64,000 bases of DNA from an uncultured Acidobacteriota bacterium (GTDB lineage Bacteria; Acidobacteriota; Thermoanaerobaculia; Multivoradales; UBA5704), in assembly GCA_963770895.1 (NCBI GenBank), contig CAVYRF010000002.1, positions 4,480,001 to 4,544,000 of the forward strand. The letters are read 5' to 3'. The position numbers were made by a program, and so were the translations under genes. The notes under the pieces were generated by a model. The model saw only the letters and a list, made by a program, of their open reading frames with translations. It searched no databases and had not been told where the DNA came from. Each line of letters begins with the position of its first letter. The first letter of the stretch is position 1. Of the stretch, positions 1-9,894 are shown piece after piece.

Positions 1-1389
1 CATCGACTCGAACTGCGGGCGCAGCAGGTCGGCCGGGCCGACGGCGACGACGGCGATGTGATCCGGGTTCAGGTAGAGCTGGGCGGCGCGCTGGATGTCG
101 GCGCGGGTCAGGGCCGCCATGATTTGCAGGTTGCGCTCGAAATGATCGTCCGGCAGGCCGAAGATCGCCAGGTCGGCCAGGCGCCTGCCGACGTCGGAAA
201 CCGTCTGCAGCGTGTACGGGAAGACGCCGATGATGTAGCTGCGCGTCTCCTCCATCTCCTCATGGGTGACCGGCTCGTCCTGGATACGGCGCAGCTCGCC
301 CAGAACTTCGCGGGTGGCGGCGCCCGCCACCTCGGTGCCGACCGCGGTGCTGACTTCGAAGGGGCCGGGTCCCAGCCGCGACGCAAAGCGCGTGCTGGCG
401 CTGTAGGTGTAGCCGTGGCCTTCGCGCAGGTTGAGATTGATGCGGCTGGTGAACTTGCCGCCGAGCAGGGCGTTGAGGAACACGATCGCGCCGCGATCGG
501 GGTGGGGCCGCGGCACCCCGACGTGCCCCAGCCGCAGCTCGGTCTGGGCGGCGCCCGGACGATCGACGATGTAGATCTGCACGCCCGCGAGCGGCGCCGG
601 CCGGATGTCCGGAACGTCGATTCCCGCACCGCTGGCGCCAGGGGCGGTTCCGGCGCTGCCGGCGCTGCCGCCGGCACTGGCGGCGCCCCCGGCTGCCTGT
701 GCCAGTGCCTGTGCGGCTTGCTCGAGCAGCACTTCCGGATCGAGATCGCTGACCGCGATCAGGGTCGCGGCGGGCAGCAGGTAGCGCTCGCGATAGAAGC
801 CCGCGACCTGTTCGCGGTCGAGCGCCGAGACCGTGGCCGCGGTGCCGAGGGGGGTGTTGGCGTAGACGGTGCCGCGATAGACGGCCGCCGCCAGCTGTTC
901 GTCGGCAAGGGCAGACGGTTGATGGCGCCGGCGCACCAGCTCGGTCAGCCGCAGCCGCCGCACGCGCTCGAACTCTGCTGGCGGGAACGCCGGCGCGGCC
1001 ACCACGTCGCCCAACAGCCGCAGGCCGGCCTGGGCGTGCTGCGACAGCACCAGCAGACCGGCGTAGCCGACGTTCCAGTCGGCGCCGGTGGCGAGCTGCC
1101 CGCCCAGGACCTCGATGCGGTCGGCGACCTGGATGGCGTTCATGCCGCCCGCGCCCTCGTCGAGCAGGCCGCCGGTGAGGGTTGCCAGGCCGGCGCCGCC
1201 GGGCGGGTCGTGCTGGGCGCCCGCGGGAGTCAGCAGCTCCAGGCTGAGCAGGGGGCGGCCCGGCATCTGCGCGACATAGGCGGAGATTCCCATCGGCAGG
1301 CGGCGGTGCACGAAGGCGGGAAAGGGCGCCGGTTCGATCGTGCCGGCGGGCGGCGGCGCGGCGCGGTTGATGGCAGCCGCCTTCGTCAT
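1..1389 (-). CDS. M16B (pitrilysin-family) peptidase, non-catalytic partner subunit; 3' end runs off the window
   Basis: Not in the ORF track because it has no stop in the window. Manual translation from the ATG at 1389 (ATGA overlap with the upstream stop) gives MTKAAAINRAAPPP...GLATLTGGLLDEG...NALLGGKFTSRINLNLREGHGYTY. HxxEH is absent but the C-terminal R/Y motif of M16 is present. The + strand ORF 58..1449 is its shadow. Confidence 0.85.
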   Translation of the reverse strand, partial: MTKAAAINRAAPPPAGTIEPAPFPAFVHRRLPMGISAYVAQMPGRPLLSLELLTPAGAQHDPPGGAGLATLTGGLLDEGAGGMNAIQVADRIEVLGGQLATGADWNVGYAGLLVLSQHAQAGLRLLGDVVAAPAFPPAEFERVRRLRLTELVRRRHQPSALADEQLAAAVYRGTVYANTPLGTAATVSALDREQVAGFYRERYLLPAATLIAVSDLDPEVLLEQAAQALAQAAGGAASAGGSAGSAGTAPGASGAGIDVPDIRPAPLAGVQIYIVDRPGAAQTELRLGHVGVPRPHPDRGAIVFLNALLGGKFTSRINLNLREGHGYTYSASTRFASRLGPGPFEVSTAVGTEVAGAATREVLGELRRIQDEPVTHEEMEETRSYIIGVFPYTLQTVSDVGRRLADLAIFGLPDDHFERNLQIMAALTRADIQRAAQLYLNPDHIAVVAVGPADLLRPQFESM

Positions 1390-2684
1390 GCGGCGCCGGC
1401 CGGTTTGGCCACGACCGTCACCACGGCCCGTTGCTCGGCGGCCAGGTAGCCGGCGGCGATCTCCTGCACGTCGTCGCCGGATAGCTGCTGGTAGATGTCG
1501 GCCTGCCTGGCGAGGAGGCCCGGATCGTCGAAGTAGGTGGTGAACTGCGACAGGGCGTCGGCGCGGTTGCTGAGCAGCTCGAGGCCGGTCCAGAAGTCCG
1601 TCAGGATGCGGTTTTTTGCTCCCGTCAGCTCTTCGGCGCCGGGCGGCGTCGCGGCGGCGCGCTGCAGGTGCTCGGCGAGCGCCTGCTCGATCGCCGCAGG
1701 TTCGACGCCGGGGCGCGCCGTGGCGACCACCATGAAATCGCCCACCGCTTCGAACGGATTGGCATAGGCGGTGACGTCCTGGGCGATCTGGCGCTCGTAC
1801 ACCAGGTCGCGGTAGAGACGGCTGGACTTGCCGCTGGCAAGGAGCGCTGCCAGGAGGTCGGCGGCGTACCACAGATGGTGGCCGAAGGCCGGGATGCGGT
1901 GCGACATGTAGACCCTGGGCAGCGGCACGTCGTCGACCAGCACCGAGCGGCGCTCGCCCGCGAGCGGCGGCGGATGGCTCACGCTTGCCGGCAGCGGCGG
2001 CAGCGGCGGGCCGGCCGGGATGTCGGCGAAGTACGCCTGCACGCGGTCGAGCGCCGCCTCCGGCTCGAAGTCGCCGGCCAGGGTGAGCACCGCGTTGTTG
2101 GGCGTGTAGTAGGTGCGGAAAAAGGTGCGCACTTCGTCCAGGGTGGCGGCGGCGATGTCGTCCATGTAGCCGATCACCGGCCAGTGATAGGGGTGGGGCG
2201 ACGGGTAGAGCTGCTCGCGCAGCAGCTCGCCGGCGCGGCCGTAGGGCTGGTTCTCGATGCGCTGGCGGCGCTCGTTCATCACCACCTGGCGCTGCGTCTC
2301 CAGGTTTTCGGCGGTGATCGCGGGCAGCAGGAACCCCATGCGGTCGGATTCCAGCCACAGCCCCAGGTCCAGCTGGTTTGCCGGCAGCGTCTCGAAGTAG
2401 TTGGTGCGGTCGTACCAGGTCGAGCCGTTGGCGACGCCGCCGACCTGCTGCACGTAGCGGAAGTGCTCGTTGGTGCCGACGTGCTCGCTGCCCTGGAACA
2501 GCATGTGCTCGAACAGGTGGGCGAACCCGGTGCGGCCGGGGCGCTCGTTCTTGGAGCCGACGTGGTACCACAGGTTGATCGTCACCAGCGGCAGGGCGCG
2601 ATCCTGGTGGAGGATCACCCGCAACCCGTTGGCCAGGGTATGGCGGGTGAACGAGGCCTCCGCGATCACGGCAGTCGAATGCAT
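1386..2684 (-). CDS. M16B zinc metallopeptidase, catalytic subunit
   Basis: GSKNERPGRTGFAHLFEHMLFQGS (inverted zincin HxxEH), NGST..DRTNYFE, VVMNERRQR, YYTPNNAVL. Confidence 0.95.
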   Translation of the reverse strand: MHSTAVIAEASFTRHTLANGLRVILHQDRALPLVTINLWYHVGSKNERPGRTGFAHLFEHMLFQGSEHVGTNEHFRYVQQVGGVANGSTWYDRTNYFETLPANQLDLGLWLESDRMGFLLPAITAENLETQRQVVMNERRQRIENQPYGRAGELLREQLYPSPHPYHWPVIGYMDDIAAATLDEVRTFFRTYYTPNNAVLTLAGDFEPEAALDRVQAYFADIPAGPPLPPLPASVSHPPPLAGERRSVLVDDVPLPRVYMSHRIPAFGHHLWYAADLLAALLASGKSSRLYRDLVYERQIAQDVTAYANPFEAVGDFMVVATARPGVEPAAIEQALAEHLQRAAATPPGAEELTGAKNRILTDFWTGLELLSNRADALSQFTTYFDDPGLLARQADIYQQLSGDDVQEIAAGYLAAEQRAVVTVVAKPAGAA

Positions 2685-2757
2685 AGGTCGGGTGTTCGGG
2701 CGGCCGATGCGGCCTGCGGCAACCCGTCACCGACCTGGGTCGCGGCTGTGACGGGGC

Positions 2758-2786
2758 AGTGTATGGACCCCCCGCCGAGGTGTCAA
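2758..2786 (-). promoter_or_regulatory. sigma70-type promoter for the M16 peptidase operon
   Basis: Minus strand reads TTGACA-N17-TACACT (+ strand tgtcaa 2781-2786, agtgta 2758-2763), ~75 nt upstream of the ATG at 2684. Confidence 0.7.
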
Positions 2787-2840
2787 GGCGGCGCCGTGTC
2801 CCAGCGGGCGCCCGGTATGCGCATCCAGATAGGGGGGCAA

Positions 2841-4700
2841 ATGACGGAAATCCATCGACGGCGCATCCTTGTCTTCTGCTGCGGTATGGCGTGCTCGGCC
2901 TCCATGGCGCTGGCGCAGGGGCGCTGGACCTGGGTCAGCCCGTTGCCGCAAGGCAACGAGCTGAAGAAGGCCATCTTCGCCGCCGGTCAGTACGTCGCCG
3001 TCGGTGATCTGGGTGCGATCGTTACCTCGGTCGACGGCTCCAACTGGACGACGCAAGACTCCGGCACCACGGACGAGCTGTGGGATGTCACCTGGGGCGA
3101 CGGTCAATACGTCGCCGTGGGCGAGGCGATCGTGACGTCGCCGGATGCCCGTCACTGGACGGTGCGCAAGTCGGGGTTCCGCTATCCCCTGCACGGCGTC
3201 GCGTATGGCAACGGCCGCTTCGTCGCCGTCGGCGCGTTGCAGCTGTGGTCGCGCGACGGCCGCAGTTGGACGGTGGAGAAGCGGCGGCCTCGGTCCTTTC
3301 TCGACGGCGTGGCGTTCGGCAAGGGGCGGTTCGTCGCCGTGGGCAGTTTCGGCGGCATCGAGACCTCGGTCGACGGTCGCCGGTGGACGGCTCGGCGGGG
3401 GACGAAGAAGTCTCTCTGGGGGATCGCCTACGGCGACGGCCGCTTCGTCGCCGTGTCGCCGGAATACAGCGCCGGCAGCCGCGGCGCGATCCTGACGTCG
3501 CGGGATGGGATTCGCTGGACCCTCCAAAAGGCGGGCACCAGGAGGAGCGCCATCGACGCCGTGGGTGTCGCCTATGGCGGCGGTCGTTTCGTCGCCGTGG
3601 GACTCGAGGGCGAGATCCTGGCCTCGGCGCACGGCCAGGTCTGGCATGCCGTCGCGGCGCCGGAGGCGGCAAAATCACTGGCGTCGCTGCGCAGGGGGGG
3701 CCCCTTGGATGGCATCTCCTATTGCGATCGGCAGTTCGTGGCGGTGGGCTGGGCCGGCGCCATCTTCACCTCGCCGGATGGCAGCGTCTGGACGCCCCGT
3801 ACCGTCACCAAGGTCGAGGCACCGCTGGACGTGGCGTTCGTCGGCGACCGTTTTGTCGGCGTCGGCAAGAACGGCACGATCGAGGATTCCGCCGACGGCG
3901 AATCCTGGACGGTGCAGGATTCAAAGACCAGGGCAGATCTCGTCGGTATTGCCAGCGGCGCGGGTCACACCGTGGCCGTCGGGATTGGTGACGATAGCGC
4001 CGTCGTCGTCACCGCGACCGATGGCGGCGCCTGGCAGCCGCAGACCATGAAGGCGATCTGCCCTTCCTGCAGCATCCTGCGCGCCGTCGCTTTCGGCAAC
4101 GGTCGCTTTGTCGCCTGCGGCGATCCCGCGACGATCCTGTCCTCGCCGGACGGCTCGGTCTGGACGCGCGAGGCTTCCGACGTCACCGACGATCTGTCGG
4201 GGCCGCATGGGCACACTGCGGAGCACCTGCGCAGTATCGCCTACGGCGACGGACAGTTCGTGATCGTGGGCGATGAGGGCTCCATGCTGACCTCGCCCGA
4301 CGGCAAGATCTGGACTCCAAGGATCACGCCGGGAGCGATTCGGCGCTTCGCCGCGGTGACCTGGCACGACGGCACCTTCGTCGCCACGGGTTCGTTCGGC
4401 ACGTTGTGGATCTCGCGCGACGGCGTTGCCTGGCACGAGGCGGGATCTTTCGTCGACGACATCCTCAGCGGCTTGCAGGGCCTGACCTATGGCGATGGCC
4501 AGTTTGTCGGCGTCGGCTTCGGCACCATTCGCACCTCGACCGATGGCGTCACCTGGCTCGAGCGCAGGGCGATTCCCGCCGCGGATCTCAATCGCATCGC
4601 CTATGGCAACGGCCGCTTCGTCGCGGTGGGCAACGGCAACGTCCTGGTGTCGCGCGCCGAGACGGCGAGCGATTCCGCCGCGCCGCCGCCGCCGCCCTGA
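2841..4700 (+). CDS. secreted beta-propeller (WD40/YVTN/BNR-like repeat) protein
   Basis: ATG at 2841 after a G-rich RBS. N-terminal signal-like segment (RRRILVFCCGMACSASMALA). About 14 repeats of VAYGNGRFVAVG...TSPDGxxWT. The upstream part of track ORF 1668..4700 is shadow of the peptidase. Confidence 0.8.
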   Translation: MTEIHRRRILVFCCGMACSASMALAQGRWTWVSPLPQGNELKKAIFAAGQYVAVGDLGAIVTSVDGSNWTTQDSGTTDELWDVTWGDGQYVAVGEAIVTSPDARHWTVRKSGFRYPLHGVAYGNGRFVAVGALQLWSRDGRSWTVEKRRPRSFLDGVAFGKGRFVAVGSFGGIETSVDGRRWTARRGTKKSLWGIAYGDGRFVAVSPEYSAGSRGAILTSRDGIRWTLQKAGTRRSAIDAVGVAYGGGRFVAVGLEGEILASAHGQVWHAVAAPEAAKSLASLRRGGPLDGISYCDRQFVAVGWAGAIFTSPDGSVWTPRTVTKVEAPLDVAFVGDRFVGVGKNGTIEDSADGESWTVQDSKTRADLVGIASGAGHTVAVGIGDDSAVVVTATDGGAWQPQTMKAICPSCSILRAVAFGNGRFVACGDPATILSSPDGSVWTREASDVTDDLSGPHGHTAEHLRSIAYGDGQFVIVGDEGSMLTSPDGKIWTPRITPGAIRRFAAVTWHDGTFVATGSFGTLWISRDGVAWHEAGSFVDDILSGLQGLTYGDGQFVGVGFGTIRTSTDGVTWLERRAIPAADLNRIAYGNGRFVAVGNGNVLVSRAETASDSAAPPPPP

Positions 4701-4816
4701 GCCGCGCCGAGCCCGCAGGGCCAACGCTCGCCAGCCGTGGTCCGTACACCTGGCAGAATCACCACGGTTTGGGATTGAGCGACTGGGCGCGCTCCGGCCC
4801 TGGCAAAGGAGATGGG

Positions 4817-5593
4817 ATGAAATCGATGCGCCGCAGGATCGTGGGTTGCCTCACACTCGCCTGGGGGCTGCCGCTCGCCGCCGCCGGGTCCGCTGCCGTC
4901 CCGCCGGTGCCGTTGGGCGACGCCTTCCCGCTGAATCCGGGCGAGGTCTGCAGCGGTGCCAAGCCGTGCTCGTTCGATGCGCCGGTGGTCGTGGGCTCGC
5001 CCGGCGGCGGGATCCTGGGGGCCTGGGTGAAGCACAACGACAGCAGCGACGGAACGCTGTTTGCGCGCGCCTACCGGTCCAGCGGGGCGGCGGTGCAGGC
5101 CGCGGCGCAGGTGAGCGACGCGCTGGCGGTGTATGCGGCCGTGGCGGGCCAGCCCGCGGCTGCCTGCGACCCCGCCGGCGACTACCTGGTGACGTGGGGC
5201 AACCGGACGCAGGCCAACGGCGACGTGGTTCTGCGCCGGCTGAGCCCGCAGGGCGCCCCGGTTGCGCCGGCCGTCGACCTGGCTCCCGCCCCCGCCGGAT
5301 TCGACGGCGGCGATACGCCCAGCAGCTTCGCCTATGGCATCCTTTCGCGAGCCCCGGACGGCTCCTTCATCGTCGTCTGGGAGGACGAGGGCCCCACCAG
5401 CGGGCGCCTGGTCGGACGCCACGTCGACGCCTTCGGGGCGCCCCTGAGCGACGAATTCGAGATCGCCGCCGGCCTGGCCCTGGGCGAGCAGCCGTCCGTC
5501 ACCCACTACGGCACGACCGGCACCTTCCTGGTCGCCTGGGTGCTGAACCACCACCTCTACGCCCGCCGCTACGCTCCCGCCGCGACGCCTTAG
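4817..5593 (+). CDS. secreted hypothetical protein (beta-rich repeats)
   Basis: AAGGAG RBS, signal peptide MKSMRRRIVGCLTLAWGLPLAAAGSAA, repeated G.F(I/L)V.W...ARRY motifs typical of extracellular propeller-like repeats. Confidence 0.7.
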   Translation: MKSMRRRIVGCLTLAWGLPLAAAGSAAVPPVPLGDAFPLNPGEVCSGAKPCSFDAPVVVGSPGGGILGAWVKHNDSSDGTLFARAYRSSGAAVQAAAQVSDALAVYAAVAGQPAAACDPAGDYLVTWGNRTQANGDVVLRRLSPQGAPVAPAVDLAPAPAGFDGGDTPSSFAYGILSRAPDGSFIVVWEDEGPTSGRLVGRHVDAFGAPLSDEFEIAAGLALGEQPSVTHYGTTGTFLVAWVLNHHLYARRYAPAATP

Positions 5594-5663
5594 CAGACCG
5601 TTCGCCTCATCCCTGGCGGCGCCGCCGGCCCGTGGCGGTGGTGGGACGCGCTACGATCGGCGG

Positions 5664-7289
5664 ATGAGCATGCCTCCCGGCCCGTCGGCGGAGCGCGGCG
5701 GCGGGGCGGCCGGCCGCGGTGGGCTCGCCGCGGCCGGGCCGCCGGCGGACGACCCGGCGTCCTTGGACGGCCGGGCGCCGGCGCGGCCGCGATGGTGGGC
5801 GGTGGCGGTGCCGCTGGCGCTGGCGGCGGCGGTGCAGCTGGTGCTCAGCCTGCGGGTCGGGTTCTTTACCGGCGACGACGTGGAGGTGCTGGAGACGGCG
5901 CTGGTGCCGGTCGGCTTTGCCTATCGGCCGTGGGCCATCCGCAACCTGCTGTTTCCGCGGCTGCTGGTGTCGCCGGTGCTGCTGCTGGCGCGGGCGGCGG
6001 GGGTGGCGGACAACCTCGACCTGGTGCGGCTGGCCGTGCTGCCCTTCGTCGTCCTGACGCTGTGCAACGCGCTCCTGGTGTACCGGCTGGCGCTGCGGCT
6101 GTGCGACCGGCGGGTGGCGACGGTCGCCGCGGGGGCGTTCGCACTGCACTGGCTGCCGCTCGTCTACGGCGGCACGGTCTACCCGCGGACCGCCGGGACG
6201 ACCTGCATCCTGGCGGCGGCGTTGCTGCTGGCGGGCGGCGGCCGCGACCTGGGGCGCGGCTGCGGCGCCGGCGCCCTGATCGCGCTCGCTTTCGCGGACC
6301 GCTACAGCGAAGCGATCTACCTGGCGCCGCTGGGCGCCTACGTGCTGGTCGCCGGGGGGGCGGCGGCGGCGCGCCTGCGGCGTCTGGCCGGGCTGGGCCT
6401 GGGCTTCGCCGGCGGCGTGGCGGTGACGTCCGGCCTGTGCGACCTGTGGTTCTGGGGCAAGCCGTTCGCGAGCCTCCTGGCGTTCGGCCGCTTCACGCTG
6501 GTCGAGACCAGCGAAACCGCCGGCGTCGCCTTCCAGCCGGCGCTGTGGTACCTCCAAAATGCCTGGCAGTGGCTGCCGCCGACGCTGCTGCCCTTGCTGG
6601 TCGCCGCCCGCCGCCGCGCCGGCCTGCGCCTGCCCTGGCTGATGGCCTCGCTGCCGGTGCTGCTGCTGTCGGCGATCCACCACAAGGAGCTGCGCTATTT
6701 ACAAGGCGTGGTGCCGTTCCTGGCCATCCTGGTCGCCGCCGGCGTGGTGCAGCTTTGGAGAGCCGGCCAGGCCGTGCGGAGTGGCGGTCAGGCGTGGAAG
6801 ATCGCGGCGCGGATCGGGTGGACGGGGCGCGGCCGCCGGGTGTGGGTGGCGGCTCTGCTGGGCGCGTCGCTGCTGCTGTCGCTGGCGACGGCGGCCGCCG
6901 TGGTGCGCGAAAAGACCGTCACCGCCGTGGACGCGGCGCTGGCTCTGCGGCGGCGGCCGTCGGTGAGCCTGGTGGCGCTGTCGCAGCCCTGGTGCTTCGG
7001 CGATCGGCTCTTCCTGGCCGATGGCGTCACGGTGTTGCCGATGACCGTGCCGCCGCTGCCGCGGCAGGTCCGCGCCGCGCTCGGCACCGCCGATACGCTG
7101 GGGATCTTCGCCGCCAACCTGGCGCGGGTGCCCAGCCTGGCCGCTGCCGTCGCGGGCGCGGCGCCCGGCCAGGTCCAGTGGTTCCGCTCCTGGTGGAGCG
7201 AGCCGGTGATCCTGCTCGACCGTCCGGGGGTCAGTGCGGGGCGGCGACCAGGTCCTGGTCTTCGGGGTGGCGGTTCAGGTAGGCCTTGA
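5664..7289 (+). CDS. GT-C fold membrane glycosyltransferase, GT22 (Alg9/PIG-B mannosyltransferase)-like
   Basis: Multiple TM helices, acidic DDVE motif after the first TM, W.IRN motif, D.WFWG, and IHHKELRYL matching the HKExR(F/Y) signature of GT22. Confidence 0.7.
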   Translation: MSMPPGPSAERGGGAAGRGGLAAAGPPADDPASLDGRAPARPRWWAVAVPLALAAAVQLVLSLRVGFFTGDDVEVLETALVPVGFAYRPWAIRNLLFPRLLVSPVLLLARAAGVADNLDLVRLAVLPFVVLTLCNALLVYRLALRLCDRRVATVAAGAFALHWLPLVYGGTVYPRTAGTTCILAAALLLAGGGRDLGRGCGAGALIALAFADRYSEAIYLAPLGAYVLVAGGAAAARLRRLAGLGLGFAGGVAVTSGLCDLWFWGKPFASLLAFGRFTLVETSETAGVAFQPALWYLQNAWQWLPPTLLPLLVAARRRAGLRLPWLMASLPVLLLSAIHHKELRYLQGVVPFLAILVAAGVVQLWRAGQAVRSGGQAWKIAARIGWTGRGRRVWVAALLGASLLLSLATAAAVVREKTVTAVDAALALRRRPSVSLVALSQPWCFGDRLFLADGVTVLPMTVPPLPRQVRAALGTADTLGIFAANLARVPSLAAAVAGAAPGQVQWFRSWWSEPVILLDRPGVSAGRRPGPGLRGGGSGRP

Positions 7290-7518
7290 CGAAGGGGCAG
7301 GTGGGCACGATGTGCTCGCCGCGCGAGCGGGCGTCCGCCAGGACGCCGCGCACCAGGGCTTCGCCGGCGCCGCGGCCGCGCAGCGCCACGGGCACCTCGG
7401 TGTGCTGCAGGTCGATGGTGTGGGGGTCGACCACCGCGAAGCGGATGTGAGCTTCGTGCCCGTCCACCAGGGCGACATACTTGGCGTGATGGTCGTCTCG
7501 TTGGACTTGCAGGTCCAT
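7231..7518 (-). CDS. small GNAT-family N-acetyltransferase (YjdJ-like)
   Basis: AGGAGG RBS then MDLQVQRDD...HTEVPVALRGRGAGEALV...IVPTCPFV (acetyl-CoA loop RGxG and the C-terminal PxCPFV motif), 95 aa. Confidence 0.85.
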   Translation of the reverse strand: MDLQVQRDDHHAKYVALVDGHEAHIRFAVVDPHTIDLQHTEVPVALRGRGAGEALVRGVLADARSRGEHIVPTCPFVKAYLNRHPEDQDLVAAPH

Positions 7519-7639
7519 GCGTCCTCCTGGCCGCCGGCTGGTGCGGCCGCGGCATGCGGCGTCACGATGCGGCGGCGGCGCGCCGGCGTGCCCCCGGCGA
7601 GCGAGCGGGGCACCGGCCCAGCATAGCCCGGCTGGCCGC

Positions 7640-9799
7640 TCAGGGGGCCGGCGACAGGATGCGGGCCAGGCGGAAGCCGGTGCGCTGGCTGGCATAGCCG
7701 GGCTGGGCGTTGTCGCGGCTGGCGGAGCGGCAGTGCTGGGCGTCGTTGTCCCAGCTGCCGCCGCGCAGGACGCGCGGCGCCGCCGGGCTGGGCGTTGCCA
7801 GGGGATCGGTCTGCGGCTCCTCGCCGTACCGCGCGTAGGCGTCCTCCACCCACTCCTGGACGTTGCCGTACATGTCGTACAGGCCCCAGGGGTTGGGTTC
7901 CAGGGAGGCGGCCGGCAGGGTGTGCCAGCCGGCGGGGCGGCTGGCGGACCGGCAGTTGCCGAAGCGCGGGAGCTGCGGCGGGTCGTCGCCAAAGCTGTAG
8001 CGCCCGGTGCTGCCGGCGCGCGCGGCATACTCCCATTCGGCCTCGGTGGGGAGCCGGAAGAGGGCGGTGCCCGCCAGCTGGTTGAGCTGCTGGACGTAGG
8101 TTTGCGCGGCGTTCCAGGAGACGGTGTCGACCGGCAGGTTGGGGCCGCGGTCGTGGCTGGGGTTGGCGTGCATCACCGCCTGCCACTGCGCCTGGGTGAC
8201 CTCCGTCATCTGCATGCACCAGGCGGACAGCGTGACCTCGTGCACCGGCCCTTCGTCGGCGCCCTGCCGGCTGGCGCGGGGGCCGCCAGGGGCGCCAGGA
8301 TCGCCGCGAGCGGCTCCCATCTGGAAGGTGCCCGGACCGATCCTGCGAAACCGCAGGTCCTGCACGCCGAGCCGCTCGAGCGCCGGTGGCACCTCGCATC
8401 CCGGGCTCGAAGCCGGCAGCGCGGCGGCGCGGCCCCCCGGCACGGGGCGTGGGCCTGGCGCGGACAGGGGCCGCCAGCCAGCCAGCCAACCCCACCAGGC
8501 CGAGGCCGCGACGAGCAGCAGGCCGATCGACGCGATGAGCTGGCGAGCCCAGCCCCGGCGCCGGCGCGCGCGGTCCACGCCCTGGTCGTCGTGCGGCAGC
8601 GGAGCGCCCTGTGCTGCTGCCGGCGGCGCCTCCGCCGGAGATCCGGCGGTCTCCCCCGGCGGCGGCAGCGGCGCGAACAGGTCGAACAGGTCTCCGTCGG
8701 GCGCTCGCAGGAAGAGGACCGGCGCGGCCCAGGCGTTTGGCTCGGACGCGCCTCCCAGGCTGGCGCGGGCTCTGGCGACCGCCAGGTCCACCGGCGTGCC
8801 GCCTGCCAGAGCGGTGTACATGCGTTCGGAAAAGCGGATGGCGGTCGCGTCGCGGATGCGAAACTGGATCGCCACCAGCGCGGGGATCGCCTGGTAGGAA
8901 AGACCCTGCGCCAACCCGGCGAAGGCGTCGTCGGCGGCGCCCTGGGCGGTCTCGCAGGCGTTGAGGACCAGCAACCGCAGGCTCGGATGGCGCGAGAACG
9001 CTGCCTGGATCTCGAGCTCGCCGACCCGGGCAGCGGTTCCGGTCGGGCCTTCGAACATCAGGAAGGCCCTGCGCGCAGCGGCATCGAACGCGCCATGACC
9101 CATGAAGTGGAGCACGTGGCAGGGCGGCGAGCCGGTGTCGGGCTCGGCGAGGCGGTGCCAGATCTCCTGCCAGGTCGCGTGCCGGCAGCATTCGATCGCC
9201 ACCAGCCCGGCGTTTTCCAGGTCGCCCAGGTGGCTCTCGATCTTCGCCCTTTCGCCGTCCAGGTCGAGCCGCGGCAGGTCGCGCGGGCAGGCGAGCGCCA
9301 GCAGGATGCGCAGCGGCGGCGTCGGGCGGAGGCGCTCCAGGGGAATGCAGCCGCGCGGCGCCCGCACCACGATGACTTCGTCGATCAGCGTCAGGAATCG
9401 GTTGCGCTCGGGATCGTAGAGATACTCCCAGGGGAGCGCCGCCAGCTCGGGGACGTCGCTCAGGGTGAGCCGCAGCCGCAGCCGCTCCTCCCTGGCGCAG
9501 GAGCGATCGAGACAGCGCGCCCACAGGGTCCTCAGGTTGCGCGGGAAGGCGAGGTCGAAGAGAAAGGTACCGATCTGCTTCGGATCGCCGGCCGGGTGCT
9601 CCCGCACGTCGCGCCGCGGACCGGCATGCCGCCCCGCCGGCGTGCGCGGAATCTGGAACGGCGGCGGCAGGGTGAAATCCGCCGTGTCGCCGACGCCCCA
9701 CCGCTGGCATTCGACGCGCGCGCGGCAGCGTCGCTGGCCGATTTTCTCGACGGTCAGATTGAAATCGGCGATTTCGCGGGCCTTGGCGGGCGGCGACAC
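7640..9799 (-). CDS. CHAT (caspase-like) protease domain + TM helix + FGE-sulfatase (SUMF1/EgtB/PvdO) domain protein
   Basis: C-terminal part of track ORF 7640..14632; probable GTG start at 9799. LAALPWEYL, catalytic dyad motifs VLHFMGHG and LVLNACET, TM LIASIGLLLVAASAWWGWL, FGE motifs EVTQAQW, RLPTEAEWEYAARAG, NPWGLYDMYGNVQEW, RVLRGGSW, GFRLAR. Confidence 0.85.
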   Translation of the reverse strand: MSPPAKAREIADFNLTVEKIGQRRCRARVECQRWGVGDTADFTLPPPFQIPRTPAGRHAGPRRDVREHPAGDPKQIGTFLFDLAFPRNLRTLWARCLDRSCAREERLRLRLTLSDVPELAALPWEYLYDPERNRFLTLIDEVIVVRAPRGCIPLERLRPTPPLRILLALACPRDLPRLDLDGERAKIESHLGDLENAGLVAIECCRHATWQEIWHRLAEPDTGSPPCHVLHFMGHGAFDAAARRAFLMFEGPTGTAARVGELEIQAAFSRHPSLRLLVLNACETAQGAADDAFAGLAQGLSYQAIPALVAIQFRIRDATAIRFSERMYTALAGGTPVDLAVARARASLGGASEPNAWAAPVLFLRAPDGDLFDLFAPLPPPGETAGSPAEAPPAAAQGAPLPHDDQGVDRARRRRGWARQLIASIGLLLVAASAWWGWLAGWRPLSAPGPRPVPGGRAAALPASSPGCEVPPALERLGVQDLRFRRIGPGTFQMGAARGDPGAPGGPRASRQGADEGPVHEVTLSAWCMQMTEVTQAQWQAVMHANPSHDRGPNLPVDTVSWNAAQTYVQQLNQLAGTALFRLPTEAEWEYAARAGSTGRYSFGDDPPQLPRFGNCRSASRPAGWHTLPAASLEPNPWGLYDMYGNVQEWVEDAYARYGEEPQTDPLATPSPAAPRVLRGGSWDNDAQHCRSASRDNAQPGYASQRTGFRLARILSPAP

Positions 9800-9894
9800 G
9801 GCAGGAAGACACCCCCGGCGGGGTCGTCGGGTTAGCGCCGGGCCGGCGCGGCCGGCGTGGCCGCGGGGCGCGCGACCCGGCGGGGGCGGAGCGA

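Noticed and set aside
7640-7780. FGE/CLec C-terminus as a diversity-generating retroelement variable region
   Set aside because: No reverse transcriptase and no template-repeat copy seen in the window.
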